Source: the human T2T-CHM13v2.0 reference genome, Homo sapiens
Strand: one strand, 5' to 3'
Assembly (NCBI RefSeq): GCF_009914755.1
Contig: NC_060947.1
Length of the DNA: 64,000 nucleotides
In this document: one piece after another, positions 1 to 14,599 of the stretch
Layout of the letters: every line of letters starts with the position of its first letter
How positions within the stretch are numbered: the stretch's first letter is position 1
Translations under genes and position numbers: made by a program
Notes under the pieces: model-generated
Database searches by the model: none
What the model was told of the DNA's origin: nothing
What the model saw: only the letters and a program-made list of their open reading frames with translations

Positions 1-48
1 CTTGGATTCAGCCTTGGTGACCTCAGCAGCCGTTGCCCCACCAGCAGC
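1..48 (-). CDS. RIPPLY1: RIPPLY1 coding exon 3 (partial, runs off window start): AAGGATAAEVTKAESK
   Basis: Acceptor TTTGGACAG| at 50-49 on the minus strand; phase 0, in frame with exon 2; peptide matches recalled human Ripply1. Confidence 0.92.
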
Positions 49-649
49 CTGTCCAAAGCAAAAGCTAGCATGTGGCTCAAAGTACATGGCTAGATAACTT
101 CCTCCTCTGTACTAGAGGTCAGAAAGCTGCAGGTAAAATGATCTTGAAGAGACCTTAGACATCTCTGGGACCCAGCAACCCCCAATACCCACCCCTCAAC
201 AAGGGGTCTCTCTTGGTTCTGGTTGAAAAACAAGCAGACAGAGTCCTGCGGGTTGTTTGCTTCCCTGCCTCTGTTCCAGCACCTGTTTGGAGGCTCTCCA
301 GGGGACAGTGTTCTACTGGAGCAGCAAAGATTCAGGGAGATCGGGTGGGTGGGAGAGCACTGGAGTAAGGTGCCAGGAGACGAGGCCTCAAGCACCAGCA
401 CTGCCACACACTGGCTGTGGGGCCTGCCCAGATCCCTTGCCCACTCTGAGCTTTGGTCTCCTCATCTTTCCAATTGCCACAGAAAGCTTGGATCTGCTCT
501 CTGTTGGAATCAAATGTTGGCAAAACTGTGAGGATGCTATCTCAGATCTGCACCTTTGGACTGAGGTCAGGGGCTCTCTGGGAAGTGACCTGGTCACTGT
601 TAATGCATGTGGCTGCATGTGAACACACGTCACAAGGGCTCGAACTCAC

Positions 650-725
650 CAAATCCACCAGCTTCCTCATCTGCCTTGGGGAGTCATTTGTGGAAGACAG
701 CCAGGGCCTCCAGAGACAAGTTCCT
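650..725 (-). CDS. RIPPLY1: RIPPLY1 coding exon 2 with WRPW Groucho/TLE-binding motif: (R)GTCLWRPWLSSTNDSPRQMRKLVDL
   Basis: 76 nt exon, acceptor TTTGTCCCAG|, donor TTG|GTGAGT; contained in ORF 542..862(-). WRPW is the hallmark of Ripply/Bowline proteins. Confidence 0.95.
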
Positions 726-829
726 CTGGGACAAAGAGGAGAGATCAATCCGTAGAGGAAGAGACTGAAAGGTGGGCTCCCTGAGATAACAAGAGACCTC
801 CCAAAAGCTTGGCTCAGGTGCCATCTGCT

Positions 830-1060
830 CCAGGAAGCCTTTCCTAAGGCTCCTGAGCCCATTCCAGGACAGATGTCCCTCCTCTCGGCTTCAGCAATGT
901 TATTATTGCTTTTATCATGCTGTTTTGTAATTGTCTATTTACTTGTCTTTGGGCTTCTTAAGCTCAAAGATATGCTCAATCGTATCTGAATCCTCAACAC
1001 CTAGTACAATGTCTGGTACACAGTAGCTGTTTCAGTAAATGTTTGTTGAAGACTAAATGT
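830..1060 (+). mobile_element. L2 3'-end fragment
   Basis: ctccaggaagccttt... and ...cctagtacaatgtctggtacacagtag...agtaaatgtttgttgaa resemble the L2 3' terminus. Confidence 0.6.
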
Positions 1061-1642
1061 TTGGAGTAATGAGTGGGGGCTAGATGGAAAATATCTTGCC
1101 TCCTACTTCCTGCTCCAAGATGTAGAACTCAGAGCTCTACCATCTTCCTGGGCTGAAGAAGAGGGCCAGAAATGTTCCTGGGTCCACTGCTTCCCCACTG
1201 GACTTGCAGAGGTAGGAAAAAAGCAAATGGAAATCTTATGGCGTGGTCAGGAAAAAGACAATGTCCCAGTCAAGGGCCTCTTTAGACTTTGGTCCTCTTT
1301 CCCCAAACTCCCCACCCCCACAGTCTAGATTGTGTTAAGCCCAGGTTTCATGGCAGTTCCCCATCCCCCTCAGGGGACTCAGCCACCTGGCCTATGAGGA
1401 CCTGGCTGCTTCACCTTCAGCTTTGGCAACAGCTGTCCCCAAGTCCCCTCTTGCCACCCAGCGGGATTAGTGAGGTGAAAAGTCAGATGAGATATTCCAG
1501 CTAGAGTTGAGGAGGGAGGGCTATGAGGCCATTGCTTTTCCCCTTCACAGAGAACAGGGTGCCCTGGACATCTCATTTTCCTTCCTCTCTCAGGAAGCTC
1601 TCAAGCCTAAGTTCAGGTTGCCAAAGGCTAAGCTCAACTTAC

Positions 1643-1797
1643 CTTTCACTCCCATTTACTTCTTGTCCAGAGGAGAGAAGGCAAGATGGGCTTAACAGGC
1701 CAGGGAGTGCCAGTGGGGCTTGTGCTAGGTCTGGAGCTAGGGCCAAAGCCAGGGCTGGAACAGGGGTGGCAGCAGCAGCACAGGCAGCAGAGTCCAT
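1643..1797 (-). CDS. RIPPLY1: RIPPLY1 coding exon 1: MDSAACAAAATPVPALALALAPDLAQAPLALPGLLSPSCLLSSGQEVNGSE(R)
   Basis: ATG at 1797-1795, 155 nt to donor AAG|GTAAGT; phase 2 matches the start of exon 2. Confidence 0.95.
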
Positions 1798-1874
1798 TCT
1801 TAGGGGACCAAAGCCAGTGGGGTCTCCTACTTCCCAGAACCTTCTGCACTCTTTTGGCTTTTCCTGGGAGACCC

Positions 1875-1881
1875 TTTTATA
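1875..1881 (-). promoter_or_regulatory. TATA box of RIPPLY1 (TATAAAA)
   Basis: ttttata on + reads TATAAAA on -, about 80 bp upstream of the ATG, implying a TSS near 1847-1850. Confidence 0.7.
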
Positions 1882-1988
1882 AGCCCTGCCTGGTCTTATA
1901 AATTATTCAGGGAGGACAGGGGTGGGATGACTTGGGAGGGGGATAAAGATTTAGGGAAGGGGCTCAGGGAGGGAAAGCTGGGTTACCT

Positions 1989-2110
1989 GGGTGTGAAATC
2001 TCTCCCAGTTGAATAAACATGGTGTCAGTGGGAGGTGAGGGATTTGCTTTGCCTCCAAGTCAGAAAGAAAAACACAGAAGGGGCAAATCGCACACCATTT
2101 GTGTGAATTC
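1989..2110. promoter_or_regulatory. Cluster of T-box half-sites upstream of RIPPLY1
   Basis: GGGTGTGAAA (1989-1998), GGTGTCA (2021), AGGTGAG (2033) and near-palindromic AATCGCACACCATTTGTGTGAATT (2086-2109). Confidence 0.5.
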
Positions 2111-3599
2111 CCCAGGGAGTAGCAAGGCCTGAGAGGGGAAGGAGAGGAGCTCATTAGCACTCTGAAACCACAGAGATGTCAGGGACAGAGGGCTGAATAG
2201 ACAGGCCTTTAACTAAGCCAGTTCCTGGCAAGAAGAGACAGCTGACCCCTTTAAGGAGAGTGAGGGACTCACTTGTTATTTCAGCTCAACCTCAGATAGA
2301 TTTGCCAGGTGGACCTGAATGTAGGGTGACTGCCATTAAGCATATCATCTGGGTTAGGGAAAAAAGGGGCATTCTGGGCAGAGCAGGCCCAGATGCTTGT
2401 TGGGTAAACCTTAAGTCTTCTTTCAATGCCCCTCAGCCCCTTACTGATCAGTTCATTTGTCAAAGTGCCCCCTCCAGCCTCAGCAGTAAGTGGTCCAGTG
2501 AAGGAGAGCAGGCAGGATTTCACAGGGCCTCTGGGTGAGATTCCAAACCTCAGAGCTTAGCTTCCAGTTCAGAAGCCAGGGTGCTGGGGAGAGGCAAAGT
2601 TCTGCCCGACTACAGAGCTGCCGAAGGACCAGCCCCAGCCCCAGGCCTCAGTTCCCTCATGTAAGAGATGAGGGTGCTGGCCCAGTGGTCTCATAGGACC
2701 ATGCCAGCCTGAACACTCTCTGACAGGGGCTACATAAATGGGTACTGAACCCGGGCAAGCCCAGAGGCCTGAGCACAGTCCTCGGCCTTAGCCAGCCTTC
2801 TGGGCCTTTGCCAGAAAGCTTCTAGTTACAACTACTGGCAGGGACCTTATGCTTCAGAGGTCTCGAAAATATTCCTCCTGACCTCAGTGTCCAGCCCCAG
2901 CACAGATTTAGCTTCTTGGATGTTCATCACAGTCTGGTTTGTAATGGTCAAAAATTAGAAACAACTTCAATGTCCAATAATAGGAAACCAGTTACATTAA
3001 TTAGGGCAAATCCTTGCAACTGAATGCCAAGCAGGTGCTCACAATCATGTTCTGGGAAGTATAATTTTTCAACACAGAAAATGGAAAAAAAAATCAGATG
3101 GTAAGATAGCATGACTAATTTAAGGGCTCCTCATTTCTCTGTTCACCTACCCCCCATCTTCACCCCACTTCCAATTCTAGTCCCACTATGTTCTTTTCAG
3201 CAAAGGAAAATTGAAAACAACTTTTAAAAGCTGGTTAGATAAATCATTGGGCAGTTACACAATTTCATATTAAAATTGGCATGGTAGAAGAATGAGGGAA
3301 AAGTTAACATATTGAAAGAGTGAAAACAAAATAAGTCTCTAAAATATTACTTAAAGGATGATCCCATTTTGGTAAGAAAAAAGATGTAGAATGGACAGCG
3401 TGCAGAGAAAAAATAAGACTGGTGAGAAGAAAGAGTGTTAGGGTTGTCATTTCTGGGAGTAACAGTGGGGTGGATTTTTACTTTATGTTTTTCTGAATTT
3501 TCTAAAAAGTTCCACAATGAACTGATATTATTTGAGTAATAAAAAGGAAAGGCACAAAAAATAAAAATAAACCAACAAAGAAATGTTTATCCATGGAGG

Positions 3600-3920
3600 A
3601 ACGAAAGCTGGGGGAAATGACAGATATTTTCAAATATCTGAGGATTAGACTGCAATGAGATTACACTTGTTCTGGGTGACTTCAAAGGGCAGGGCTGAGG
3701 CCCATGGCTGGAAGCTACATGGAGACACATTTTGGCTCAATCAAAGGAAAACTTTCTAACAGCTCAGTCACCACCTAACCCAAGGGCCTGGCACGGTCCC
3801 GGCCCTCAATAAACAGAGGTTTATTATATGAGGTGAAATGAGTTCAGTGAAATGTGCTGCCTTGGACTTGAGAGAGCTCTCTGTCCCTGAATTTTCTAAG
3901 TGCAAGATAGATCCCAGGTC
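3600..3920 (+). mobile_element. CR1/L3 LINE fragment
   Basis: ttcaaatatctg...ggaagctacatggagacacattttggctcaatcaaaggaaaactttctaacag matches the L3 3' region from memory. Confidence 0.55.
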
Positions 3921-5928
3921 CTGAAGAGGGAAATCTTGTGGGGAAAGAGAGGGTTGCTGGGGAGCCAGAGCATCTATCAGTCTCTGAGAGTTCTTGCTAA
4001 ATTTACCTTCATGAGCTAAGCGTTTCCTTGTACTGACTGCATCACTGGCTGAAAGGAGGAGTGTGGCTCAGAGAGGGAGCCAGGCTGAAAAGACTGGGCT
4101 GGAAGGAGATGGTGTGCAAAGGAGGAAGAAGCACAACACCTGTTGTCACACTCAAGGATCTTTTCCACCTGTAAGTGGCCTCCGAGAATCAGCAGAAGGA
4201 AGGAGGGAGAGGGCTAAGAGGCAGATATTCCTCCTGAGCTCGGGGCTCATGCCTGACCAGACTCAACCATGCCACCCATCATGCCACCTCCCACCTTGAA
4301 CTTGTGTTCCTTCAGTCACCACCTTCACGTTAGGAGCTGTCCAGTCCCTTCACTCCCCTGAGCAGCAGGCCTCAGGGTTCCACTTACACCCAGCTCCCAG
4401 CATGCTCTCCTGGAGCCCAGGGAGCCTTCAGACCTGTTTCCATGGGTCTTTGTCCTCCCTACGCAATGGCTCTGTCTTGCTACCTCCTAGGAATTGCCTC
4501 AGCCTCATTTAGCTTGTGGGACATGAAGCCGCTGGCTCTTCTTGTTGGCTTTTCCCCGGCCTGTAAGATTTAAGGCCTGCAAGTGTTGCTAGGCAAAAGT
4601 TGGCTGTTCTCCTTTTCACTTAAAACAAAACAGGAGTAAACTGGTCAGCAGGGCAGCAGAAAAGGTATGGATCAACCAAGATGGAGACCTTCCTATCAGA
4701 GCAATTAAGATCTTACCTCTGTTCCCCTAACAGCCCTATAGTGCTTCTGGGTTCTGCCAGTGATTGCTTTTCCAGACCTTTCTGAGAGTACTGGGGCTAG
4801 CATTGCCTAGCTAACGGACAGACAGGAAAGGAAAGTGCCATGGACTCTGCCTCAAGCTTAGCGAAGGAGACAAGACCCGCAGAGAGAAGACAGACTCGAT
4901 CAATCTCAGTTGACCCCAGCGCCCCTCAGTCATCCTTGAGCATGTTCCCTTGTCAAGGCCCCAGCTCCAGCCTCCACATTTCGCTTGGCCACATTCCAAA
5001 CTTCCTTCAGCTCCTTACCACGTTCCTGCCCCTCCCCTCTCTCTGTACAGAATAACCTCTCCTTCTACTTCCCTGAGAAAACAGAGGCCTTCAAGCGTGA
5101 ATTACCTCAGTGCCATGCCCCACTCCCCCCTCAAACTTGGCCTGCCTTTCCAACTTCCTTCCCCTCCAGCCCTCTCTTCTCAGGGGACAAGGTGCCCCTC
5201 TGGTTAAAGGCTAATCCCTTTGCCTGGGCCTTGGCCTCATCCACCTCCTTCCTGGGCCCTTCCTCCAGCCATTTGTTATGCTTCTTGTCTTCGGGAAAGT
5301 TCAGCTTCTCTACACCAGCTCTTTCTCTCCTGATTATAAAATGCCTGTCTCTGTTATCCCAAAAAACAAGAACTCCCCCTCCACTGTATGTTCTCTTGCT
5401 CCCCTAACTTGCTCTTTCTCTCTTGATCTCTTTCTCTCCCTCCCTTCTTTCCTCTCTCTATTTTCTTTCCCTCACTCTCAAATTTGTTGAAAGTAGTCTA
5501 CATGCTAGACTTCCGCTTTTCCTGGCTCCCATTCACACCTCAACCAAGAGCAGCTTGGCTCCAGCCACATTATCTCAGTGAAAGGGCTCTGCCAAAGGTC
5601 ACCAATGACCTCCTAATTGCCAAATTTGATCACTTCTTTGAACTCTGGGTGGCAAAAGACACTATTGGCCAAGTCCTCATTTCCGAAACTCTCCCCTCTT
5701 TTGGCCTCCATGATCACGCTTTCTTGGTTTTCCTCCTGCCTCTGGAACCATTCCTCATGGTCTCTTTTGCTGGCCTCTCTTCCTCTGCCCATTCCTTGAA
5801 TCAGTAGTTCTTCAATTACAGTCCACAGAACAGGCTGGTATTATACAGCAATGTTTTCACAGCAAAATGAGAAAAACTTTACTAGGAAAGTTTTTCAATA
5901 AATACATTTTTTCAATTATAAAGGACTA

Positions 5929-6281
<353 letters not shown>

Positions 6282-6871
6282 TTATGCTGTTCCTACTTTT
6301 TGGTAGTAAAATGTTCTTTGAAATTATGGCAATGATGGAAGTTACTTTATTTCTTTAATGTTTCTACTCTGGCAAAATAAAACATTAGTTTATCTATGTC
6401 AGTCCCATAAATGTTTATTGAATGAATGAAAGAATGAGAGTTATGTTTCCCACTGAAATTTTTCCAATGGGTATCTCAAACTTATTCCAAAACTGAACTG
6501 TTTTCTTGCCGGACAAATCTCCTTTGTACCTACCTTGGAAACCAGCATTATATTGACCCAGTTACTCAAGCTCAAAACTTCGGCTGCTGATTTTGGTCTT
6601 TACCATTTCTGACTTTTGTCTCCTCCATGTTCTCCACTCTTCCACTCTCCCAGTTGTTTCTTAAATTATGGCCTCATCTGTCCTCTCTCACCTGGATGCT
6701 CAACAGAGCTTCTTCATAGTTTTCCCTGTCTGTGAGGTAGCCTTTCCAATCCATTCTCCTCACAGCTGCCCCAGAGATTTTTCTAAAACACATAGCCAAG
6801 TATGGTCTTCCTCTCCTTAAAAACTTCCAGTGTCTATAGAAAATGTCCAAACTCCTTCGTGTGGCAGTTGA

Positions 6872-7357
<486 letters not shown>

Positions 7358-7639
7358 TAAAATATATTTCTTACTGTGGGTCACAGTCAAAAAGTTTGAT
7401 AGCACTAAGGAGATTAGCGCAGATGTTATTCTGTGATTCATTTAGTTAGTGCTGCTCATGTCATTGTCCTTTGCTCTCAAAATGGTTCTGGTCTCATTGC
7501 CGGGTGTAACAGAGGTCAGGAGACTGGATACTGCCCAAAGATTTCATGGAGGAGGAGGAGATTGAGTTGGACTGGGTTTAAGGAGGCTGAGAGAAGGTGG
7601 AAATGTAATTCTGGCAGAGAAAAGTGGCACAGAGGTGGA

Positions 7640-7860
7640 TAATAAGAGTAGAGAACATTTGTTAAACATTTATACGCCAGGCATTATTCTAAGCACTCTG
7701 CGTGAATTAATTCAAGTCTCACAAACAACCCAGTGAGGAAGATACTATTAAAAGCTGCATTTTAAAGATGAGACTGGGGAACTTACCCAGGGTCACAGAG
7801 CTAAAAGTGACAAGATTGGGATTTGAACTCGGGGAGTCTCTGTGCTCCTAACCACTGCCC
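7640..7860 (-). mobile_element. MIR
   Basis: MIR core: caaccc..tgagg...attttaaagatgag.actg...cagggtcacagagctaa...gggatttgaactc. Confidence 0.7.
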
Positions 7861-8930
7861 AGCCCTATCCTGCCACTGGGGAGCAGTGGGGAGAGTGGGC
7901 TGTCTTGGGAACAGTGAGAGCCTAGGCCAGCGGGCAACAGAGGGAGGAGAACGTTGAATGCCAGGTTGAAATTTCCAGCAACAAGTTCTGCGCTCCTCTC
8001 CAGAAAGGAGCTCTTCCTCTTTCCCTCTGGCCTCTGTCTTGCAAGCCGGAGCCCCTGGGGTTGAGGGCAGGAGGCCTAAACATCCAGTGAGGGTGCCCAG
8101 TGGAGGCCCGAAGTAATACAGGGTCTGCTCTGAAAGAGGAGCAAAGGAGAAGTTTCTCTCCCCAACCCAGGCCTGCCTCCAAATCATAAATAGCAAATGG
8201 TGCCTGGGGCCTCTGCCCTCAAGTCCAAATGTCCCAAATGTGCCAACTCTTATATGCAGTCCCTTGGGTTCCTGGGACGGGGGTCCCCTCTGGAGAACAG
8301 TTTGTTCCTGGGTCAGCTCTCTTCCTACACCCTCTGCTGCTTGGTCCACCATTTGAGCCAGGGCTGTGGCCCATGTGGTGCGGGCTCTCTTGGCAGAACC
8401 TCTCGCAGCTCCCCATTTGCTCCTCATTTGGACTGCAGAAGCCTAGAAAAACAAAGCTCTGAGGAAGAAGGTGGGCAGGAGGGAGGTGTTTGGAAACGTC
8501 ACTCCCAGCTGGGCTCCTTTCCTTCTCCGTCCTGTCCTTCCATCCAGCTCCTCCCCTGGCTCCTTGGGCCAGCCTTTTCATCCTCTCTTCTCTGAGACAG
8601 CCCCCTTTCCCAGCCTGGCCTGAGACCTTGGGAAGATGAAGCGATGCTGAATTCTCAGTAGTGCGGTCTTTCCTCTTGTCCTTTTAGTCTTGGTGTCCTG
8701 ATGATCCTGGCTAAGTAAGCAAACGATACTAGTAACTAGTGGCAGCTATCTTCCTGGGATGTGGATCCTGAGAAACTAACAAAAACAATGACAAGAAAAA
8801 TAGCTCACATCTATTGACTGCTTACTGTGTGCCAGGCACCGTGCTAAGTGCTTTATTGTTTTATTATTGACTCCTCACAAAAATCTTATGAGGTAGTTAC
8901 TATTATTGCTGCCATTTAAAGGTGAGCAGA

Positions 8931-9231
8931 GACTGGGCGCAGTGGCTCATGCCTGTAATCCCAGCACTTTGGGTGATCTGCCCGAGGTGGGCAGATCACC
9001 TGAGGTCAGGAGTTCAAGACCCTCCCGGTCAACATGGTGAAACACTGTCTCTACTAACAATACAAAAATTAGCTGGGTGTGGTGGCTTGGGGCACCTGTA
9101 ATCCTGGTTACTCGGGAGGCTGAAGCAGGAGAATCGCTTGAACCCCAGGAGGTAGAGGTTGCAGTAAAATTAGATTGCACCACTACACTCCAGCCTGGGC
9201 AGATAGAGTGAAACTCCATCAAAAAAAAAAA
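8931..9231 (+). mobile_element. AluSx inserted into a MIR (MIR about 8790-9370, minus)
   Basis: Full Alu dimer with A tail; flanks carry MIR core gaaactgaggcatggagagattaagcaatttaccc. Confidence 0.93.
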
Positions 9232-10894
9232 GCCATAAAAGTAAAGGTCAGCAGAAAACTGAGGCATGGAGAGATTAAGCAATTTACCCAGGCTCAAGAA
9301 GCTATTGAGAGGTTTGTCTGCCACTCTAACTCAGGCCCTTCTTGTCTAATGCCTGTACTTTTGCAGTCGATCTTAACGTGGAAAAAGCTTGGGCGCTATA
9401 GCTAGACTTGGGTGTGGGGGAAAAATAATGGTTCCTACTTCACAGAGTTGCAGTGAAGACTGAAAGAAATAGTGCATGGATTTTGCTTAAAACCTGACAT
9501 GTAGTTAGCACTCAGTAAATGGTGACTATTATGATTGTTCCTTTTGCCCCTCCATCATTGCATACATTGTGGCTATTCAGAGCACAGGCTTTAGAAGCAG
9601 GCCTAGGTTGGAAGCCTTCCTCAATCTTTTACCATGCAGGTGATGTTGGGTAAGTGAACCAATCTCTGAGCCTCAATTTCCTGGGGATGAAAACAATAGT
9701 ACTCATCTCCCAGGACTGGAGTGAGGATGAAATGAAATACTGTATGGAAACTGGTGTTCCTTTTCTGTCCCACATACTTTCAGGTGTTTTTGCATACTGG
9801 GCCAGATTTGGCTTCCCAGAACATAGCTTCCATCCTGCTCAGACACCCGCAATGGCAGCTCATGAGTGATGGGAATAAGAGGCATTTACATGTTTTCCCT
9901 GTTCCTTCAAGCCTCACCTCTGACTCCACCCTGCTCTCCCCCTTACTTCCAGCAGGCTTGTTACTACAGTGTCCCTGCACATGACCATCTCCACCCCCCA
10001 AACCCCTGCCAAGACTAGAACACCACTCTTCCCCATGACACAAATTCTGCCCTCCCTTCCAGGTCCTCCTTGAATCCACACTGACTGCAGGAAGCCTCCA
10101 AGCCACGCTAACATCTGCGTCCCTCTGCAGGCCTCTCATTTGAGCTTTTCCCCCATGTAGGGGTGCCAGCCCTCTTTTCAGTCACTTTTTTGGATAAGAA
10201 GCAAGCCTTTCTATCGAGGTGCTGTGGCTTAATCTTGTCTCCTCGCTCCCATCAGCACCTGGCACAGGACTGGGGACATGGCAGGCGTTCATTTCATGTG
10301 AATGGAATGATGTTGACACAGGTAGTTGGTCTGAGAAGACTAATAGATTTAGTCTAGCAAGTAGCCTTGGGGCTCTACGGTAGGGTGGCAGACAGCTATG
10401 ACAGGTGCATGGGCCAGGGTGGGATTCTCTGTTCATATTGGGGCCTTCTAAGACAGAGCACCCAAGATCCCAGGATACGAGTAGTTACAGAGGGTCGCTG
10501 TTGACTTGGCTGGGACAGCTCATGAACAAGGCAGGTCAGGAGTAGGAAAGGGCACAACAACAGCAGAGGTCCTTTGGGAAGGAACCTAGGAATCCTCTCC
10601 TCCTCTTCATGCCCAGCTGTCTCCTCTACTGACAGGACATTTCTAAGCATAATTAAAATTTCATCTCCACTCTTTCCCAGACCTCTTCCCTCCCTCTTCC
10701 AGCCTCAGCCTAGACCAGCAGCCCTAAAAATGTGGTCCAAAGACCCAGGGAGCCCCTAAAATTCAGGAGGTTCAGTCAAAACTACTTTCATGGGGCTGGG
10801 CATAGGAAGTATATATGGATATATAAAGCACTTCTGCATACTGAAGTGCAATTGTCATGAGGAAAAGCACTTGCACAATTGACTTGCAAGCTAA

Positions 10895-11220
<326 letters not shown>

Positions 11221-11551
11221 TGAATGATTGACAGATAAATTGTGGTTATTCAAACTTGGGTGCTTGGCAAGTATTTTGTTAAAAATGGACAAAATGATCC
11301 TGTCACCTCAAGGAAAACAACTGTTACTATTTGTTGTCAATGATAAAAGTTACGCTTTCAAGTAAAAAGCACAATTTTGGAAAACCTGTATCAGCCACTG
11401 TGAGCTTGAGAGCTTCTCAATATCCTAAAGAGCTTTCTAATAAGATTAGTAGGGATACTAATGAATGTGATTTTTTAATATTGTAGAATCAAAAAGCGAG
11501 TCAGCAATGGGAAGATCTGCATAAGTGGGTGGACCGATATTTTCCAGATGA

Positions 11552-11917
<366 letters not shown>

Positions 11918-12043
11918 TAATGTAACAGAGTACAAAAGGTTCACCGATACGGTTTAGTTTCAGATTCAACATTGCAAAGAAACATTAAGAAACAACCACT
12001 TGTGAAGTTTAGGTGTAGTTATCAAGAAGAATCCCCACACCAT

Positions 12044-12935
<892 letters not shown>

Positions 12936-13334
12936 AAAGGACTATTAAATACCCCCCTTCTCTACCTCCCTATCTTTGTGGGGCTGGATTTTCTTCACAC
13001 ACTTCAACCAAAAACCACATATTGCAACAGCTGGAGTGCAAGAGCAGATATGAGAATCCAGCTGCCTTGTGCTCAGCCAGACATTAAAGAGATTTGCAAA
13101 TATTGAATATAATGCCACTTTCTTGCCATTTTTTTGTTTTGAAAACTATAATTGTCATAAATATATATTATTTATGTTATAATGTAATAGGTTTATAATT
13201 TTTATTTTAAAGTAATACATAAATAGTTAAAATGTAAGTTTTAATTATAAATATGTTCAATGTCAATAGATATAACCCTTTGGAGGTTAGACAAATAAAA
13301 GCCCTTTGGAGTCCTCAATAATTTGTTAACTAAT

Positions 13335-13790
13335 ATCTTTTATTTGTTTATTTTTAAATTTGCATAGATATTAAGGTGCTGAATGACAAAATGTGGAGGG
13401 ATGTATAAAATTCACTCTTTTGGGTGTGCAGCTCCATGAATTTTGACAAATGCATAGAATTATGTAACAACAATTAAGAGTTTCAACACCCCAAATAATT
13501 TCCTTATGCCACTCCATTGTAGTAAACCCCTTCCACTACCCCAACTCCTGGCAACCACTAATCTATTATCCATCCCTAAGTAGTGTCATTTCAAGAATGT
13601 CATATAAATAGAACATAACAGTAAGCAGCTTTTTGAGTCTGGCTTCTTTCATTCAGCATAATACATTTGAGCTTCACCCATGTAGCTGTGTGTATCAATA
13701 GTACATTCCTTTTGATTGTGAAGTAGTATTCCATTACACAGATGTACCAGTTTATTCGTTCACTAGTTGAAAGACATTTAGGTCATTTCC
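13335..13790 (-). mobile_element. Old L1 (L1MB/L1ME-type) 3' fragment
   Basis: aactcctggcaaccactaatct...ctggcttctttcattcagcataat...gtagtattccatt motifs. Confidence 0.7.
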
Positions 13791-14494
13791 TAAATAAGAA
13801 TGTAAAGTGGTCCTGAGACCAAAATGTTGAGACCCATTGACAGAATGTGCTCTTCCCAGAGCTCTCCTCAATTGGGATTTTTGTGGACCAGTGGAATTAC
13901 AAAATTTTTTAAAATGAGGGAGAATCAACATATGGTTTTCAAACTTTTAATTTTGTTAATTAAGGGCATTGAAAAATACTACCACCTCTTATTTTACAAA
14001 AGAAACCTTAATACCAACTATTCAAAGAATAAGTCCGGAATTACAAGTAGTCTTTTAAATTGAATAAGCTTTAAATAATTTACAAATCTTGCTACATTGG
14101 CCTTAGTTTTCTCCTATTGGTGATCCTCTACCACTCCCTTCCTTTCTTCTTAAGTCTGTGCATTAGTGCTTAGGAAGCCCTTGCTCAACATTTCTCCTCC
14201 TAGATCTGCTTATCCATTGCCTCTCAAACCTTTATTCTCTCTTTCCTCCCAGACATGTCTTCATGAGCCCTTCTCCTGCCTCCCCTCCCAGAACTTCTCT
14301 TCTTCACCCACCTTTCTCTTACATAATCATTTTGTCTCTCCTTCCTCTTCTCCTGGACCCCTTTCTTCCCAGACCCATCTAGTGTTTCCCTTCTTACCAC
14401 AATCTCTTCTCAGTCTGATTCCATCAATTCAATGGTGCACCTACTATGTATTAGACTAGAATAGTGATGAAAATAACAATTGAAAGCCAAACCC

Positions 14495-14595
14495 AATGTG
14501 CACAACAAACCCCCATGACATGTTTACCTATATAACAAACCTGCACATATACCCCTGAACCTGAAATAAAAGTTGAATTAAGAAAAAAAAAAAAA
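14495..14595 (+). mobile_element. Short 5'-truncated L1P 3' end with poly(A) and TSD
   Basis: tttacctatataacaaacctgcacatatacccctgaacctgaaataaaagtt plus A tail; TSD AAAGCCAAACCC at 14483-14494 and 14594-14605. Confidence 0.85.
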
Positions 14596-14599
14596 AGCC

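Noticed and set aside
7801-8427. 208-aa minus-strand ORF and overlapping ORFs
   Set aside because: No recognisable domain, ends in MIR-derived sequence, GC-rich stop-poor region with ORFs in several frames.
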